This document shows, one piece after another, positions 21,940 through 31,441 of a stretch of DNA of 64,000 nucleotides (positions are counted from its first letter, which is position 1; each line of letters begins with the position of its first letter). Below the pieces are notes generated by a model. That model ran no database searches and had not been told where the DNA came from. It saw only the letters and a list, made by a program, of their open reading frames with translations. The translations under genes and the position numbers were made by a program. This DNA is from an uncultured Phycisphaerales bacterium (GTDB taxonomy: Bacteria; Planctomycetota; Phycisphaerae; Tepidisphaerales; Tepidisphaeraceae), in NCBI GenBank assembly GCA_963755915.1, contig CAVWLP010000003.1:544001-608000 (forward strand), given 5' to 3'.

Positions 21940-22706
21940 GCGAGCTGCTGCAAATCTCCCGCCTCTCGATCAGCTTTGGCGGGCTCAAGGCGCTGAGCGA
22001 TTTCAATTTCTCGCTGGAGCAGTCCCAGCTTGCCGGCTTGATCGGCCCCAACGGCGCCGGGAAAACGACGGCGTTTAATATCGTAACCGGCGTTTACTGC
22101 CCTACCGCCGGCGAAATCAGGCTGGGAGGAAAGCGGATCGACGGTGAGTCGCCCGTGAAGGTGAATCACGCCGGTATCGCGCGCACGTTTCAGAATATCC
22201 GCCTGTTTCAGAACCTCAGCGTGCTGGATAACGTGGTCGTTGGGTTTCACCGCTCCGCAAAGCATGGGTTTCTCAGCACTCTGACGCGCAGCCCGAAATT
22301 CTTCCGGCAAGAGCAGAAGTGCAGGGCCGAGGCGATGGAATTGCTGGGGACATTTGGGCTCGCGGAGCAATGCAATTCGCCGGCTGGAGGTTTGCCCTAT
22401 GGGCGTCAGAGGAGGCTGGAGATCGCCAGGGCGCTGGCGACGCGCCCGAAGATCTTGATGCTCGATGAGCCGGCGGCGGGGATGAATCCGCAGGAGAAGG
22501 GGGAGCTGATGGAATTGATCCGGCGGGTGAGGGACCAATTTAAAGTCGGCATCTGGCTCATCGAACATGATATGAAGCTGGTGATGTCGATCTGCGAGAG
22601 GATCACGGTGCTGGATCATGGGGAGACGATCGCGGTGGGAACGCCGGGGGAGATTCAGAATGATCCGAAGGTGATTGCCGCTTACCTTGGGGAGCCGGAG
22701 AACTGA
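21936..22706 (+). CDS. livG: Branched-chain amino acid ABC transporter ATP-binding protein
   Basis: GPNGAGKTT, LPYGRQRRLEIARAL, LDEPAAG. Confidence 0.95.
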   Translation: MSELLQISRLSISFGGLKALSDFNFSLEQSQLAGLIGPNGAGKTTAFNIVTGVYCPTAGEIRLGGKRIDGESPVKVNHAGIARTFQNIRLFQNLSVLDNVVVGFHRSAKHGFLSTLTRSPKFFRQEQKCRAEAMELLGTFGLAEQCNSPAGGLPYGRQRRLEIARALATRPKILMLDEPAAGMNPQEKGELMELIRRVRDQFKVGIWLIEHDMKLVMSICERITVLDHGETIAVGTPGEIQNDPKVIAAYLGEPEN

Positions 22707-23506
22707 TGCTCCTGGCGACAGAAAATCTCACCGTGAAGTATGGCGCGATAACGGCGCTTTCCGAAGTCTCCGTGGAGATTGCGCCGGGGGAGATCGTGGC
22801 GCTGATTGGGGCGAATGGCGCGGGGAAGACGACGCTGCTGAGAACCATTAGTGGGCTGCTGAAGCCGGCGGGAGGGGAGATTACGTGGTGTCCGCCGGAT
22901 CGTGAACCTTCCGCACAACCCACTCCCCAACCCTCCCCCGGACTACCGGGGGCGGGGGTAAATGCGCTTGAATATGCGGGGGCCACAAAGGAACTCGTGG
23001 GCATGAAGCCGCATGAGATTGTCAGGCTGGGGATCAGCCATGTGCCGGAAGGGAGGCAGATCTTCGCGAACCTGACGGTGAAGGATAATCTCATGCTCGG
23101 GGCGTTTACGCGCCGGGCGCGCGGCGAGATTCAGCAGGGATTGCAGAGATGCTTTGAACTCTTCCCCGTGCTGAAGGAGAGAAGCCAGCAGCGAGCCGGA
23201 ACGCTCAGCGGCGGGGAGCAGCAGATGCTGGCGATTGGGCGGGCGCTGATGGGCAAGCCCAGGTTGCTGCTGCTGGATGAGCCTTCGCTGGGGCTGGCGC
23301 CGATCATTGTGAAACAGATTTTTCAGATTATCCGCGAGATCAATCAGGGCGGGGCGACGATTTTTCTAGTGGAGCAGAATGCGCACATGGCCCTGAGGGT
23401 CGCCACGCGGGGATATGTGATGCAGTGCGGGCGGGTGATCCTGGCGGACAAGGCCGCAGCGCTGCTGGAAAACCCCGAAGTGAAACGGGCTTACCTTGGC
23501 GGGTAA
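22706..23506 (+). CDS. livF: Branched-chain amino acid ABC transporter ATP-binding protein with an in-frame repeat insertion
   Basis: GANGAGKTT, HVPEGRQIF, LSGGEQQM, LDEPSLGL; about 30 extra residues after GEITW. Confidence 0.95.
   Translation: MLLATENLTVKYGAITALSEVSVEIAPGEIVALIGANGAGKTTLLRTISGLLKPAGGEITWCPPDREPSAQPTPQPSPGLPGAGVNALEYAGATKELVGMKPHEIVRLGISHVPEGRQIFANLTVKDNLMLGAFTRRARGEIQQGLQRCFELFPVLKERSQQRAGTLSGGEQQMLAIGRALMGKPRLLLLDEPSLGLAPIIVKQIFQIIREINQGGATIFLVEQNAHMALRVATRGYVMQCGRVILADKAAALLENPEVKRAYLGG
22919..22958 (+). repeat. 40-bp palindromic repeat family B, copy inside livF
   Basis: CCCACTCCCCAACCCTCCCCCGGACTACCGGGGGCGGGGG, near-identical to the reverse complements of 44662-44701 and 51131-51170. 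Confidence 0.9.
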
Positions 23507-23530
23507 ATTTCCGCGAGATATGCTTTGGCC

Positions 23531-23905
23531 ATGAGCTCGACCCACCTGCCGTACTCGGCGCCTTTGCATTTTCCGGTTACCACGACCTTCACGATTGACG
23601 GTTATCGAATCGTTAAATATCTGGGGGTGGTGCGCGGGCTCATTGTGCGGGCGCCGACAATTTCGCAGGGGATATTGGGCGGACTGAAGTCAATTATCGG
23701 CGGAAGCATCGGGGCCTATACGCAGATGTGCGAGCAAGCACGGCAGCAGGCATACGAACTTCTGATCGAGCACGCGCAGCAGGTGGGAGCAAATGCGATT
23801 GTGGGGTTTCGGTATGATGCTTCGGAGATCGGCGGAGGGAACCGAACCTCGGCGACAGAAGTCTTGTGCTACGGAACGGCCGTGGTGATTGAGCCGGAGC
23901 GGTAA
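23531..23905 (+). CDS. ybjQ: YbjQ/UPF0145 family protein
   Basis: TTTFTIDGYRIVKYLGVVRG...GANAIVGFRYD...YGTAVV. Confidence 0.88.
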   Translation: MSSTHLPYSAPLHFPVTTTFTIDGYRIVKYLGVVRGLIVRAPTISQGILGGLKSIIGGSIGAYTQMCEQARQQAYELLIEHAQQVGANAIVGFRYDASEIGGGNRTSATEVLCYGTAVVIEPER

Positions 23906-23911
23906 TTCCTT

Positions 23912-26341
23912 TTAGACCTTCGACTGTTTCAGAATCAGGGTGCGTGCGGCATCCGCAGGCAGATCAAGCGCCCCGCGTGCTTCAGCGGCAGCGTCGCGAA
24001 TAGACGCATCGGTGCTGCCGGAAACAACCCGCTCTAGTTGACTGACCTGCTCGCCATCGAGGCGGTTGCCGATATGCTTGGCGCTATCGGCGAGACTTTC
24101 GTAGAGGCTGACGCGGACATCGGCCGGTGTCGCGGGAGAGTTGGCTTTGAGGGCGATGCCGTTTTGGGCGCTGGGGGAGTTGAGCGTGCCCAGCACTTTT
24201 CCGGCGGCTTTGGCGATTTCGGGACGGGAGTCATTCAGCGCCTGAAGCAGACCCCCTTCGGCCACCGACATGTCGAAGGCGTGGCCGCGGGTAATCGCAA
24301 GTTTTTCCAGCAGCGACGCCGCTTCCAGGGCATACGCCGAGGCGTCCTGATCGGACATCACCGCGGTGCCGGAATGCTGCCGGGCGGATTCGATGTCGGT
24401 TTTCAGCTCGTCCTTCAATTGCTCTTTGGGGGGCATCACATCGGCGTTCATGAGCAGGTCCGTGGCAGCCGAGACGGCATAGGGGCTTTCGACCGTGCGG
24501 GTTAGAACGAGCACCGAGGCGCCCTGCAGCCGGGCGATGTTCGTCTCCAGATCGATCATCTTCCTCACGTCGCTGTCTTCGGAAATGATGATGAGATCGA
24601 CGGTGGGAAGAGAAATAGCGGCAGCGGCAGCGTCGGTAGGTGAGCTGGCGGCAACCACGGGATAACCGAGGCTCTGCACGGCATCGCGAAGATCGCCAAC
24701 GGTCAGGCCGTCACCGGTTTCAGGGGCGACGACCACGACGCCGGGCTTGCTGGACTGGTTGACGGCTTCGACAAGCAGCGGCACGACCCGGTCAGAGCCG
24801 GAAAATGGCTGGCTGGGGAGCGATTGCGCCAGCGCGAAGGCCGCGGCGTAGCGGACCTGGCGGTTGGGGAAATAGAGGGCCTGCATCAGCGGCGTGATCG
24901 ATTGGCCGTTGAGATTTGCCTGGCCGGTGATGTCGCGGAGGGAGTCGCAAAGCTTCAAGGCAACGGCTGCATCGCGGTCGGCGGTGGCGCGGGCCAGGGC
25001 TTCGTTGAGATAGGCCGCGCCGGCGGAGACGTTGTAATAATTGGCATCGGGATCGCCCTCATGCGTCTGGTCGACAGCGCCCGCTGGGAGGTCGCATTCA
25101 CGCTTGGTGTTGGCGGCGAGCCAGAGGGCGACGGCTTGGCCGCTCGAGGGGTTAAGCCTCAGCGTATATTCGCAGGCACGCATGGCCAGAAGGTCGTTGA
25201 AGATGGGGGTCGGGACGATTTTTCGGGTCAGCCCCTTGTCGTCGTTCCAGTACCAGATGTTCGATTCCTTGTCGCCGGCCGGTTCGAGGTCGGACTTGCC
25301 GTAGTAGCACTTCTGGGCGAGATCGAAGAAGAGATCGCTGGCGCGGACGGTGCCGTTGCGGTCGAGGCCGATATGCCACATCGCCTGAAGGGCGGCATTG
25401 TGAATTCCGCTCGGGACTTCAGTGGAGGCGGCGAGGCGAGCCAGATAAGGCAGAGCAGCTTCGTAGCCGATATCGCCAAGCGCGGAGACGACGTCGAGCA
25501 GCGTGTCGTAGTCCTTCATCTCAGTGGAGGCAAGGAGGGGATTGAGCGCCTTGCGGCCCAGGTCGCGGAGGATGCGCCGGCAGACGTTGTGATACTGGTT
25601 CTGCGAGGCGTCGCGCAGCATGTCGATGATCACCTTGACCGCGACTTCGCCGCTTTGATCGATGCGGGGGATGTTGTTGTCGTAGGCGCGCTCGCCGACG
25701 GACATTTCGATGATGGTGTTGCGGATGAAGTCGGGATTGTTGCGGCGGTCGTTGTAGCCCTGGTTAATCACGTCGACGAGTTTCGCGGTGACCTGGCGCA
25801 TGGCCCCGGCGGCGGCGCTGTCGGCCTCATCGCCGACGGGCAGCGATTTCCAGCGGATCATCCAGGTGTCGATATTGTCGTTATGACGGGCGGCGACGGC
25901 TTCAAAAGCCATGAGAATCGCGTCCGGATCGGAGCCGGAACTGAGGATTTTCTGCCCCGCGTCGGCGGCGAGGGCGTAGTCGGCGATTTTTCCGTAGTGC
26001 CAGTAGGTGTCGGTGAGATCGTTCAGCGTGGGGGGAGTTTGAGCTTCGCCGGTGGCGCTGGCGGATTGGTCCGGGGTGGCGGCGGCGGTTGAATTGTCAG
26101 GGGTAGCGGTGGAGGAGGAATTGTCCGAAGGGGCGGCGGCAGTGCCATTGTCGGGCGCTGGGGTTGCCGGCGGGGTCGCGGGAGTGGAGTTGTCGGAGTT
26201 CGCGCCCGCCGAATTATCGGGCGTTGAGTTCGCCGGCGGCGTCATCGTGGCATCGTCGGCGCGGGCGACGATCCAGGAAGCGGGGGCCGCGAGCAGGCAG
26301 GCGAGCGTGAAACCTAAAGCGAGACGGGCAAACCGCTTCAT
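23912..26341 (-). CDS. Secreted HEAT-repeat protein
   Basis: Signal peptide MKRFARLALG, Pro/Ala/Thr linker, HEAT repeats (VRYAAAFALA, IAKAAGKVLG, IRDAAAEARG). Confidence 0.75.
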   Translation of the reverse strand: MKRFARLALGFTLACLLAAPASWIVARADDATMTPPANSTPDNSAGANSDNSTPATPPATPAPDNGTAAAPSDNSSSTATPDNSTAAATPDQSASATGEAQTPPTLNDLTDTYWHYGKIADYALAADAGQKILSSGSDPDAILMAFEAVAARHNDNIDTWMIRWKSLPVGDEADSAAAGAMRQVTAKLVDVINQGYNDRRNNPDFIRNTIIEMSVGERAYDNNIPRIDQSGEVAVKVIIDMLRDASQNQYHNVCRRILRDLGRKALNPLLASTEMKDYDTLLDVVSALGDIGYEAALPYLARLAASTEVPSGIHNAALQAMWHIGLDRNGTVRASDLFFDLAQKCYYGKSDLEPAGDKESNIWYWNDDKGLTRKIVPTPIFNDLLAMRACEYTLRLNPSSGQAVALWLAANTKRECDLPAGAVDQTHEGDPDANYYNVSAGAAYLNEALARATADRDAAVALKLCDSLRDITGQANLNGQSITPLMQALYFPNRQVRYAAAFALAQSLPSQPFSGSDRVVPLLVEAVNQSSKPGVVVVAPETGDGLTVGDLRDAVQSLGYPVVAASSPTDAAAAAISLPTVDLIIISEDSDVRKMIDLETNIARLQGASVLVLTRTVESPYAVSAATDLLMNADVMPPKEQLKDELKTDIESARQHSGTAVMSDQDASAYALEAASLLEKLAITRGHAFDMSVAEGGLLQALNDSRPEIAKAAGKVLGTLNSPSAQNGIALKANSPATPADVRVSLYESLADSAKHIGNRLDGEQVSQLERVVSGSTDASIRDAAAEARGALDLPADAARTLILKQSKV

Positions 26342-26414
26342 GAGTGATCTCCGAAGGCAATGGGTGCAAATGAACAAAAACTCTCGGCTGGAACCAAAAA
26401 AATCCGCGGAAGGT

Positions 26415-26443
26415 ATGGTATTTCGAGACGAAAGAGGTGTCAA
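26415..26443 (-). promoter_or_regulatory. Sigma70-type promoter for the HEAT-repeat gene
   Basis: TTGACA-N17-TACCAT on the minus strand, about 75 nt upstream of the ATG. Confidence 0.55.
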
Positions 26444-26501
26444 GAAAAAGCCAAGATTGAAGGGGTGGTTTTGGGCGTCAGGAAATGGAGAATTGCCGAG
26501 G

Positions 26502-27485
26502 ATGCCCGGGTCGATCCAAACACTTGCAATAACCGCTGAGATTAAGGCCAAGGCCCATGAACTGGGCTTCGATCTAGTGGGGATCGCGCCCGCCACAGCT
26601 TCCCCCAGGCGGGACTATTTTCGGGATTGGCTCGATGCCGGGATGGGCGGGGAGATGGGGTATTTGTCCGGGCGGTTTGAGGAGCGGGCAGATCCATCCG
26701 TCTATCTGCCAAAGGCGAGGAGCGTGGTATGTGTGGGGATGAACTATTTCGTTCCGCTGGAGGCCCCCCCGCCGGGGGTGGCGAGGGTGGCTCGGTATGC
26801 CCTGGGGGAAGATTACCATGAAGTGATCAAATCGCGGCTCTTTGCCCTGGCGGATTTCATTCGGGAGATTTGTCCTCAGGCCAAAACGCGGTGCAGCGTG
26901 GATACGGCGCCGGTGATGGAAAAAGACCTGGCGGCACGCGCGGGGATCGGATGGCTGGGGAAAAATACCTGCATCATCAATGAGAAGATCGGTTCGTGGA
27001 TTCTGCTGGGGGAAGTGGTCACGACGGCGGAGCTGACGGTGGATGAACCGGCCGTGGATCGGTGCGGGTCTTGTAAAAAGTGCATCGAGGCGTGTCCCAC
27101 CGCGGCGATTACCGAGCCGTATCAACTCGATGCCCAAAAATGTATTTCCTATCTGACGATTGAGCATCGCGGAGAGATTTCAGCGGACCTGGCGGAAAAG
27201 ATTGGCGAATGGATGTTTGGGTGCGATATTTGCCAGGAGGTTTGTCCGTGGAATCGTGAGCCGCCCTCGGCTGCCGACCCGGCGCTTCGGCCGCGGCGGG
27301 TTGGGCTCAATCCCGAGGACGTGCTGAACTGGACCGACGAAGATTATCGCCGGGAGTTGAAGGGGAGCGCGATGAAGCGGGTAAAGCTGCCGATGCTGAA
27401 GCGCAATGCGCGGATCGTGGCGGGGAATAAAAAAAAAATAAAGGCGAAGCGCGATATCCACCGCGCTCCGCCTCCATCGGATTGA
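26502..27485 (+). CDS. queG: tRNA epoxyqueuosine reductase
   Basis: ARYALGEDYH, VDTAPVMEK, CGSCKKCIEACPT, CISYLTIE, GCDICQEVCPWN. Confidence 0.95.
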   Translation: MPGSIQTLAITAEIKAKAHELGFDLVGIAPATASPRRDYFRDWLDAGMGGEMGYLSGRFEERADPSVYLPKARSVVCVGMNYFVPLEAPPPGVARVARYALGEDYHEVIKSRLFALADFIREICPQAKTRCSVDTAPVMEKDLAARAGIGWLGKNTCIINEKIGSWILLGEVVTTAELTVDEPAVDRCGSCKKCIEACPTAAITEPYQLDAQKCISYLTIEHRGEISADLAEKIGEWMFGCDICQEVCPWNREPPSAADPALRPRRVGLNPEDVLNWTDEDYRRELKGSAMKRVKLPMLKRNARIVAGNKKKIKAKRDIHRAPPPSD

Positions 27486-27505
27486 AACCACTATCGTGTC
27501 GCCGA

Positions 27506-27964
27506 TTACGAAACGGTAATTCGGCGCGGCTTGGTTTCCTCACGCTTGTTGAGCGTCACGAGCAGCACGCCGTCGTTCAATTTCGCCTGAACGGTTTGTG
27601 CGTCGACGGTCGGCGGAAGCGTAAAGCTCCGCTGGAACCGTGAGTACCGGCGTTCGCGAAGGAGCCATTGGCTCTTTTCGTCGCCGTTCTGCTCGTTGGA
27701 TTCCTTGTGCTCGGCTGAGATCGTCAACGTCTGGTTTTCGATGTTGACATCGACCTCATCCTTCTTGAAACCAGGAAGTTCGGCTTCAACGTAAATGTGA
27801 TCCGCGTCTTCGCGGACATCTACGCCGTGGGGAACGAGATATTCGCCACCCTCGCCGTTGATGCGATTTCCGAAGAATCTGCCGAGCAGAGTATCGAATT
27901 CGCATTGGGCGAGCTCAAACCGCTCGCCGTCTCTTAAAACTCTTGTTGAAAGTACCATAACCAT
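27506..27964 (-). CDS. Small heat-shock protein (Hsp20/alpha-crystallin)
   Basis: VDVREDAD...AELPGFKK...ERRYSRFQRSFTLP...DGVLLVTL...RRITVS. Confidence 0.92.
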   Translation of the reverse strand: MVMVLSTRVLRDGERFELAQCEFDTLLGRFFGNRINGEGGEYLVPHGVDVREDADHIYVEAELPGFKKDEVDVNIENQTLTISAEHKESNEQNGDEKSQWLLRERRYSRFQRSFTLPPTVDAQTVQAKLNDGVLLVTLNKREETKPRRITVS

Positions 27965-28007
27965 TGACCTCAAATTAAATCCAAAAAAAACGACCTTGGG
28001 ATAGAGA

Positions 28008-28023
28008 ACAAAGCTCGTGCCAG
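28008..28023 (-). promoter_or_regulatory. Possible sigma54 (-24/-12) promoter of hsp20
   Basis: CTGGCAC-GAGCT-TTGT, one mismatch to TGGCAC-N5-TTGC. Confidence 0.4.
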
Positions 28024-28132
28024 GCGGCGGCTATTGAAGCCTGTGCGCATTGCCCCGAAGATCATGGGTTTACGGAAATGCGAGCGCGGGGCTGCCGATA
28101 AATGTCCCGCAAAAACGGCAGGTTAAACAAAA

Positions 28133-29047
28133 ATGACAGGCAAAGGTCCGCTGCTGGCAATCATCGGGGCGACGGCGTCGGGGAAGTCGGCGCTGGCGAT
28201 GGAGGTCGCTTATAAAACCGGGGCCGAAATTCTAAGCGTCGATTCGATGCAGATTTATCGGGGGATGGATGTGGGGACGGCGAAGGCGACGGCCGGCCAA
28301 AGGAAGTTAGTATCCCATCATTTAATCGATGTGGTAAACCCGGATGAAGTTTTCAGTGTGGCAAGATTTGTGGAGCAGGCTGATGCGGTGATCGCCTCAG
28401 CGGCCTCGCCGCTGGTGGCAACGGGGGGAACACCAATGTATTTCCGGGCGCTGTTCGCGGGGCTTTTCGAAGGGCCGTCGGCGGATGAACAATTGCGGGA
28501 GAAATTACGCGCGATTCCCGGCGACCAATTGCATGCGCAACTGCTGAAGGTTGATCCAGAAGCCGCCCGGCGGATTCATCCGCGCGACAGCAAGAGACTG
28601 GTGCGAGCCCTGGAAGTTCACGAACTGACCGGCAAGCCGATCTCGGCCATGCAGGAGCAGTGGAATGAGAACTCGCCGCCGCGCCATTGCGCGGTCTGGA
28701 TCGGCCTGAGGTGGGATCGGGATGCGCTGAATATGCGGATCAATGTGCGCGTAAAGGAGATGATTTCGGCGGGATGGGTCGAGGAAGTGCGCGAGCTGGT
28801 ACGCAAATATCCGGCCCTGTCGAAAACCGCCGCCGAGGCGACCGGATATGCCCAATTGATCGAATATCTGGCGGGCCGCGCGACGCTGGACGATACCATC
28901 GAGCAGATCAAAATCGCCACGCGGCAACTGGCCCGGCGGCAGATGAAATGGTTCCGCAGATTCCCCAATGTGCATTGGCTCGAGGGAACAGAGCCACTTG
29001 AGAAAAATTCCCGCAAAGCTATCGAATTACAAAACGCGGCAGCCTGA
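28133..29047 (+). CDS. miaA: tRNA dimethylallyltransferase
   Basis: GATASGKS, DSMQIYRGMDVGTAK, GGTPMY, TRQLARRQMKWFR. Confidence 0.96.
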   Translation: MTGKGPLLAIIGATASGKSALAMEVAYKTGAEILSVDSMQIYRGMDVGTAKATAGQRKLVSHHLIDVVNPDEVFSVARFVEQADAVIASAASPLVATGGTPMYFRALFAGLFEGPSADEQLREKLRAIPGDQLHAQLLKVDPEAARRIHPRDSKRLVRALEVHELTGKPISAMQEQWNENSPPRHCAVWIGLRWDRDALNMRINVRVKEMISAGWVEEVRELVRKYPALSKTAAEATGYAQLIEYLAGRATLDDTIEQIKIATRQLARRQMKWFRRFPNVHWLEGTEPLEKNSRKAIELQNAAA

Positions 29048-29062
29048 CTCCTGGGCGCCCGT

Positions 29063-29087
29063 ATAGCCGCGACCCGCAGGGGAGCGC
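29063..29087 (+). repeat. REP-like repeat family A (single copy)
   Basis: ATAGCCGCGACCCGCAGGGGAGCGC just downstream of miaA. Confidence 0.85.
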
Positions 29088-29152
29088 GGCCCTCACCTCC
29101 GAAAAACCCATTTGAGCGGGCACCCGGTCTGACCGATAAACCCATAGCGGCA

Positions 29153-29674
29153 GTGATTGCCGCCAGTTTATTCCGGGAGGAATCGTTGCCAGGCATTCAA
29201 ATCGGACAGTTGCTCGTTGAACAGGGCGTGCTCAGCGAATCGCAGGTCGAGCATATTCTCAAGGTTCAAAAAATGTCGCACCGCCCCTTCGGCGATCTCG
29301 CCGAGCGCCTCTTTGGCATCGACGCCAAGGCGGTCGAGGATGCCTGGGTCGAACAGTATGTCCGCGTGGCGGGAATCGTCGACCTCGACGAGCAGCGGAT
29401 CGATACCGATTGCCTCAGAATGCTCAATCGCCGACAGGCGTGGCAGTTTCATCTCCTGCCGCTGAATCGGGAGCGGGAAGATCTCCACATGGCGACCAGC
29501 GCCCAGGACCTGATTCGCGCCGTCAACTTTTCCGGCCGGAAACTGGATGAGCCGGTGAATTTCGTCGTGGCGGAGAGGGATCAGCTTCGGGATTTCCTCA
29601 TGAAGCATTATCCGGTTCCGGAATATTTCGCGAAGTATGCTTCGCACCTGCAGAACGGCGAAAAGCCGGAGTAG
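29153..29674 (+). CDS. Stand-alone MshEN / GspE-N domain protein
   Basis: QIGQLLVEQGVLSESQVEHILKVQ resembles the MshEN motif; followed by a T2SSE-N-like subdomain; no ATPase domain. Confidence 0.7.
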   Translation: MIAASLFREESLPGIQIGQLLVEQGVLSESQVEHILKVQKMSHRPFGDLAERLFGIDAKAVEDAWVEQYVRVAGIVDLDEQRIDTDCLRMLNRRQAWQFHLLPLNREREDLHMATSAQDLIRAVNFSGRKLDEPVNFVVAERDQLRDFLMKHYPVPEYFAKYASHLQNGEKPE

Positions 29675-29711
29675 TTCTTCCTATTTCCGAAAAGCTCCTT
29701 AAATCGTTAAA

Positions 29712-29755
29712 TCAAAGGGGTCGAGAGTCTTTGAAAAGACTCTCGACCCCTTTGA
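29712..29755. terminator. Perfect 20-bp-stem hairpin between convergent genes (bidirectional terminator or palindromic repeat)
   Basis: TCAAAGGGGTCGAGAGTCTT-TGAA-AAGACTCTCGACCCCTTTGA. Confidence 0.7.
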
Positions 29756-29792
29756 ATTGGTGGAAGCGAAAAAGAAGGATTGAATCCGAAGG

Positions 29793-31339
29793 TCAATCAG
29801 ATTTGGAAATCGCCGCCAACGCGCTGCTTGGCGGTGTCAGCACTTCGGCAAACTGATCGCGGTAGACGATTTTCCAGCCGAGGCCGGTGAGGATGGTTTC
29901 GAATTTACTCTTTGAAGTGCGGAGGACGGCGGCGTCAGCGGGCGTGGAAGAGAGGAAACGCCTTTGATCGCCAGGGGAGCCCAGCATGGTCGAGTTCCAG
30001 AAGCCCGACGAAAAAACCTGTGTCCGCCCATCCATCAGGGTCTGGTAGCGATTCCCCAGGCTCCATTCAAGATACCCGCCCCACGTGAATTCGTTCAGCA
30101 GGCGATGCGTTTGCGGCGAGACGTTCTGAGCCACGAAATCGGCCGCCGCGCACGGATAATTAGGCGCGTCCGGCCCGTTGCGATTGAGCCAGGTGGCCAG
30201 AGGTTCATTGCCAGGCGGAAATGCGCTCGCCACTTTCCAGATGGAGAGCGTAAGAACACCGGCAAGCAGCACCACGACCGCTGGGCGCGCGAGAATCCCA
30301 TCAGAAAGACGCGGCATCACCACCGCCAGCGTCGGAACCGCAATGATCGCGAAAACCGGCGCAAAGCGCCCCATCCGGAAGAGCAGCACGGCGCTGTCGA
30401 ATAGCCAGATAGTTTCTCCCACACCCGTTCGCGGCGATTTGATCGATCGCCAGATGGCACTCACGAGCAGCGCGATGACGATGCCGGCGGTGATGTTGCC
30501 CAGAAGTCCAAGGTAGAAGGGCCGAAATTCCGCGATTCCCCCGGCACGCACCATTACGTCCCCAGTCGAATACTCGATGATGCTATGCAGTGTGCCCGCC
30601 AGCAACGGCGTCGCGAGGCACGCAAGACCGCAAAGCACAAACAGCAATCCACTCCGCAAGCGACCGCAACCACCCCCTCCATCCGTCGTATTAAAAAAGG
30701 ATTCAAACAGATCGCCGACCAGAACGCCCCCGTCCACAGCGGTACAAACAGCGCAAAGAAGTGAATGTTGATCAAAAGCGCCGTCAGCGGAACAGCAAGC
30801 CAAACCACCCACGATTTCTGGTCCAGCCGTCGGTCGCGCAGAAGAAGCCACGCGATCAGAGCCAGGATTGTCAGCGCCGCCGTTACCGGCCTGAAGCTCA
30901 GGTACGCGAGAGAAAGAATCGCCCCGAAGGCGACCGAGACCGCGGCCGCGAGATAGCGCGGCCGGGCATACACCTTTGCAGTCAGCTCCAGGGCGCACAA
31001 TCCAAGCAGCAAGATAAACCCCATTTCCATCAAAGCCTGTACGGCAATGGCGCCGCGATATCCCGCCACGTCCCATAACCTTTTCATGCCCAGCTCCGCG
31101 AGCCAGGAATACGGCGTCCAGGGTTGGCGGATGGATGCAAACGAGAGGTCATCGACGATGGGTCGCGGCCAGCCTACCTTGGCGATTTCATCCCCAACGC
31201 GCAGGTGCCAGAAGCAATCAGGATCCAGCGTGTCCCCAAGCACGACCTTCGCCGCCGCCAGAATGCACAGCAGCGACAAGAGAAGCCAGAAGCCCAGAGC
31301 GGGGCTGCGCCAGCGGTCAAGACGGGGAGCGTCGGTCAT
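29793..31339 (-). CDS. Polytopic membrane protein, GT-C glycosyltransferase-like (frameshift near 30710)
   Basis: DPDCFWHLRVG, WTPYSWLAE N-terminal loop; C-terminal LLNEFTWGGYL, MDGRTQVF, WKIVYRD; split over two ORFs. Confidence 0.65.
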
Positions 31340-31441
31340 GCCCAGACATATTCGGCATTTGCCGCCGCTGAATTGCAGGCCAAGGCTCCGATAACGCGCG
31401 GTTTGCTTTGGCTAGAGGGCACCGATATAGTTCCGCATCCC

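Noticed and set aside
26052-26596. Overlapping N-terminal extensions of queG and the HEAT-repeat gene
   Set aside because: Artefact of longest-ORF calling; better starts at 26502 and 26341 leave a normal divergent promoter region.
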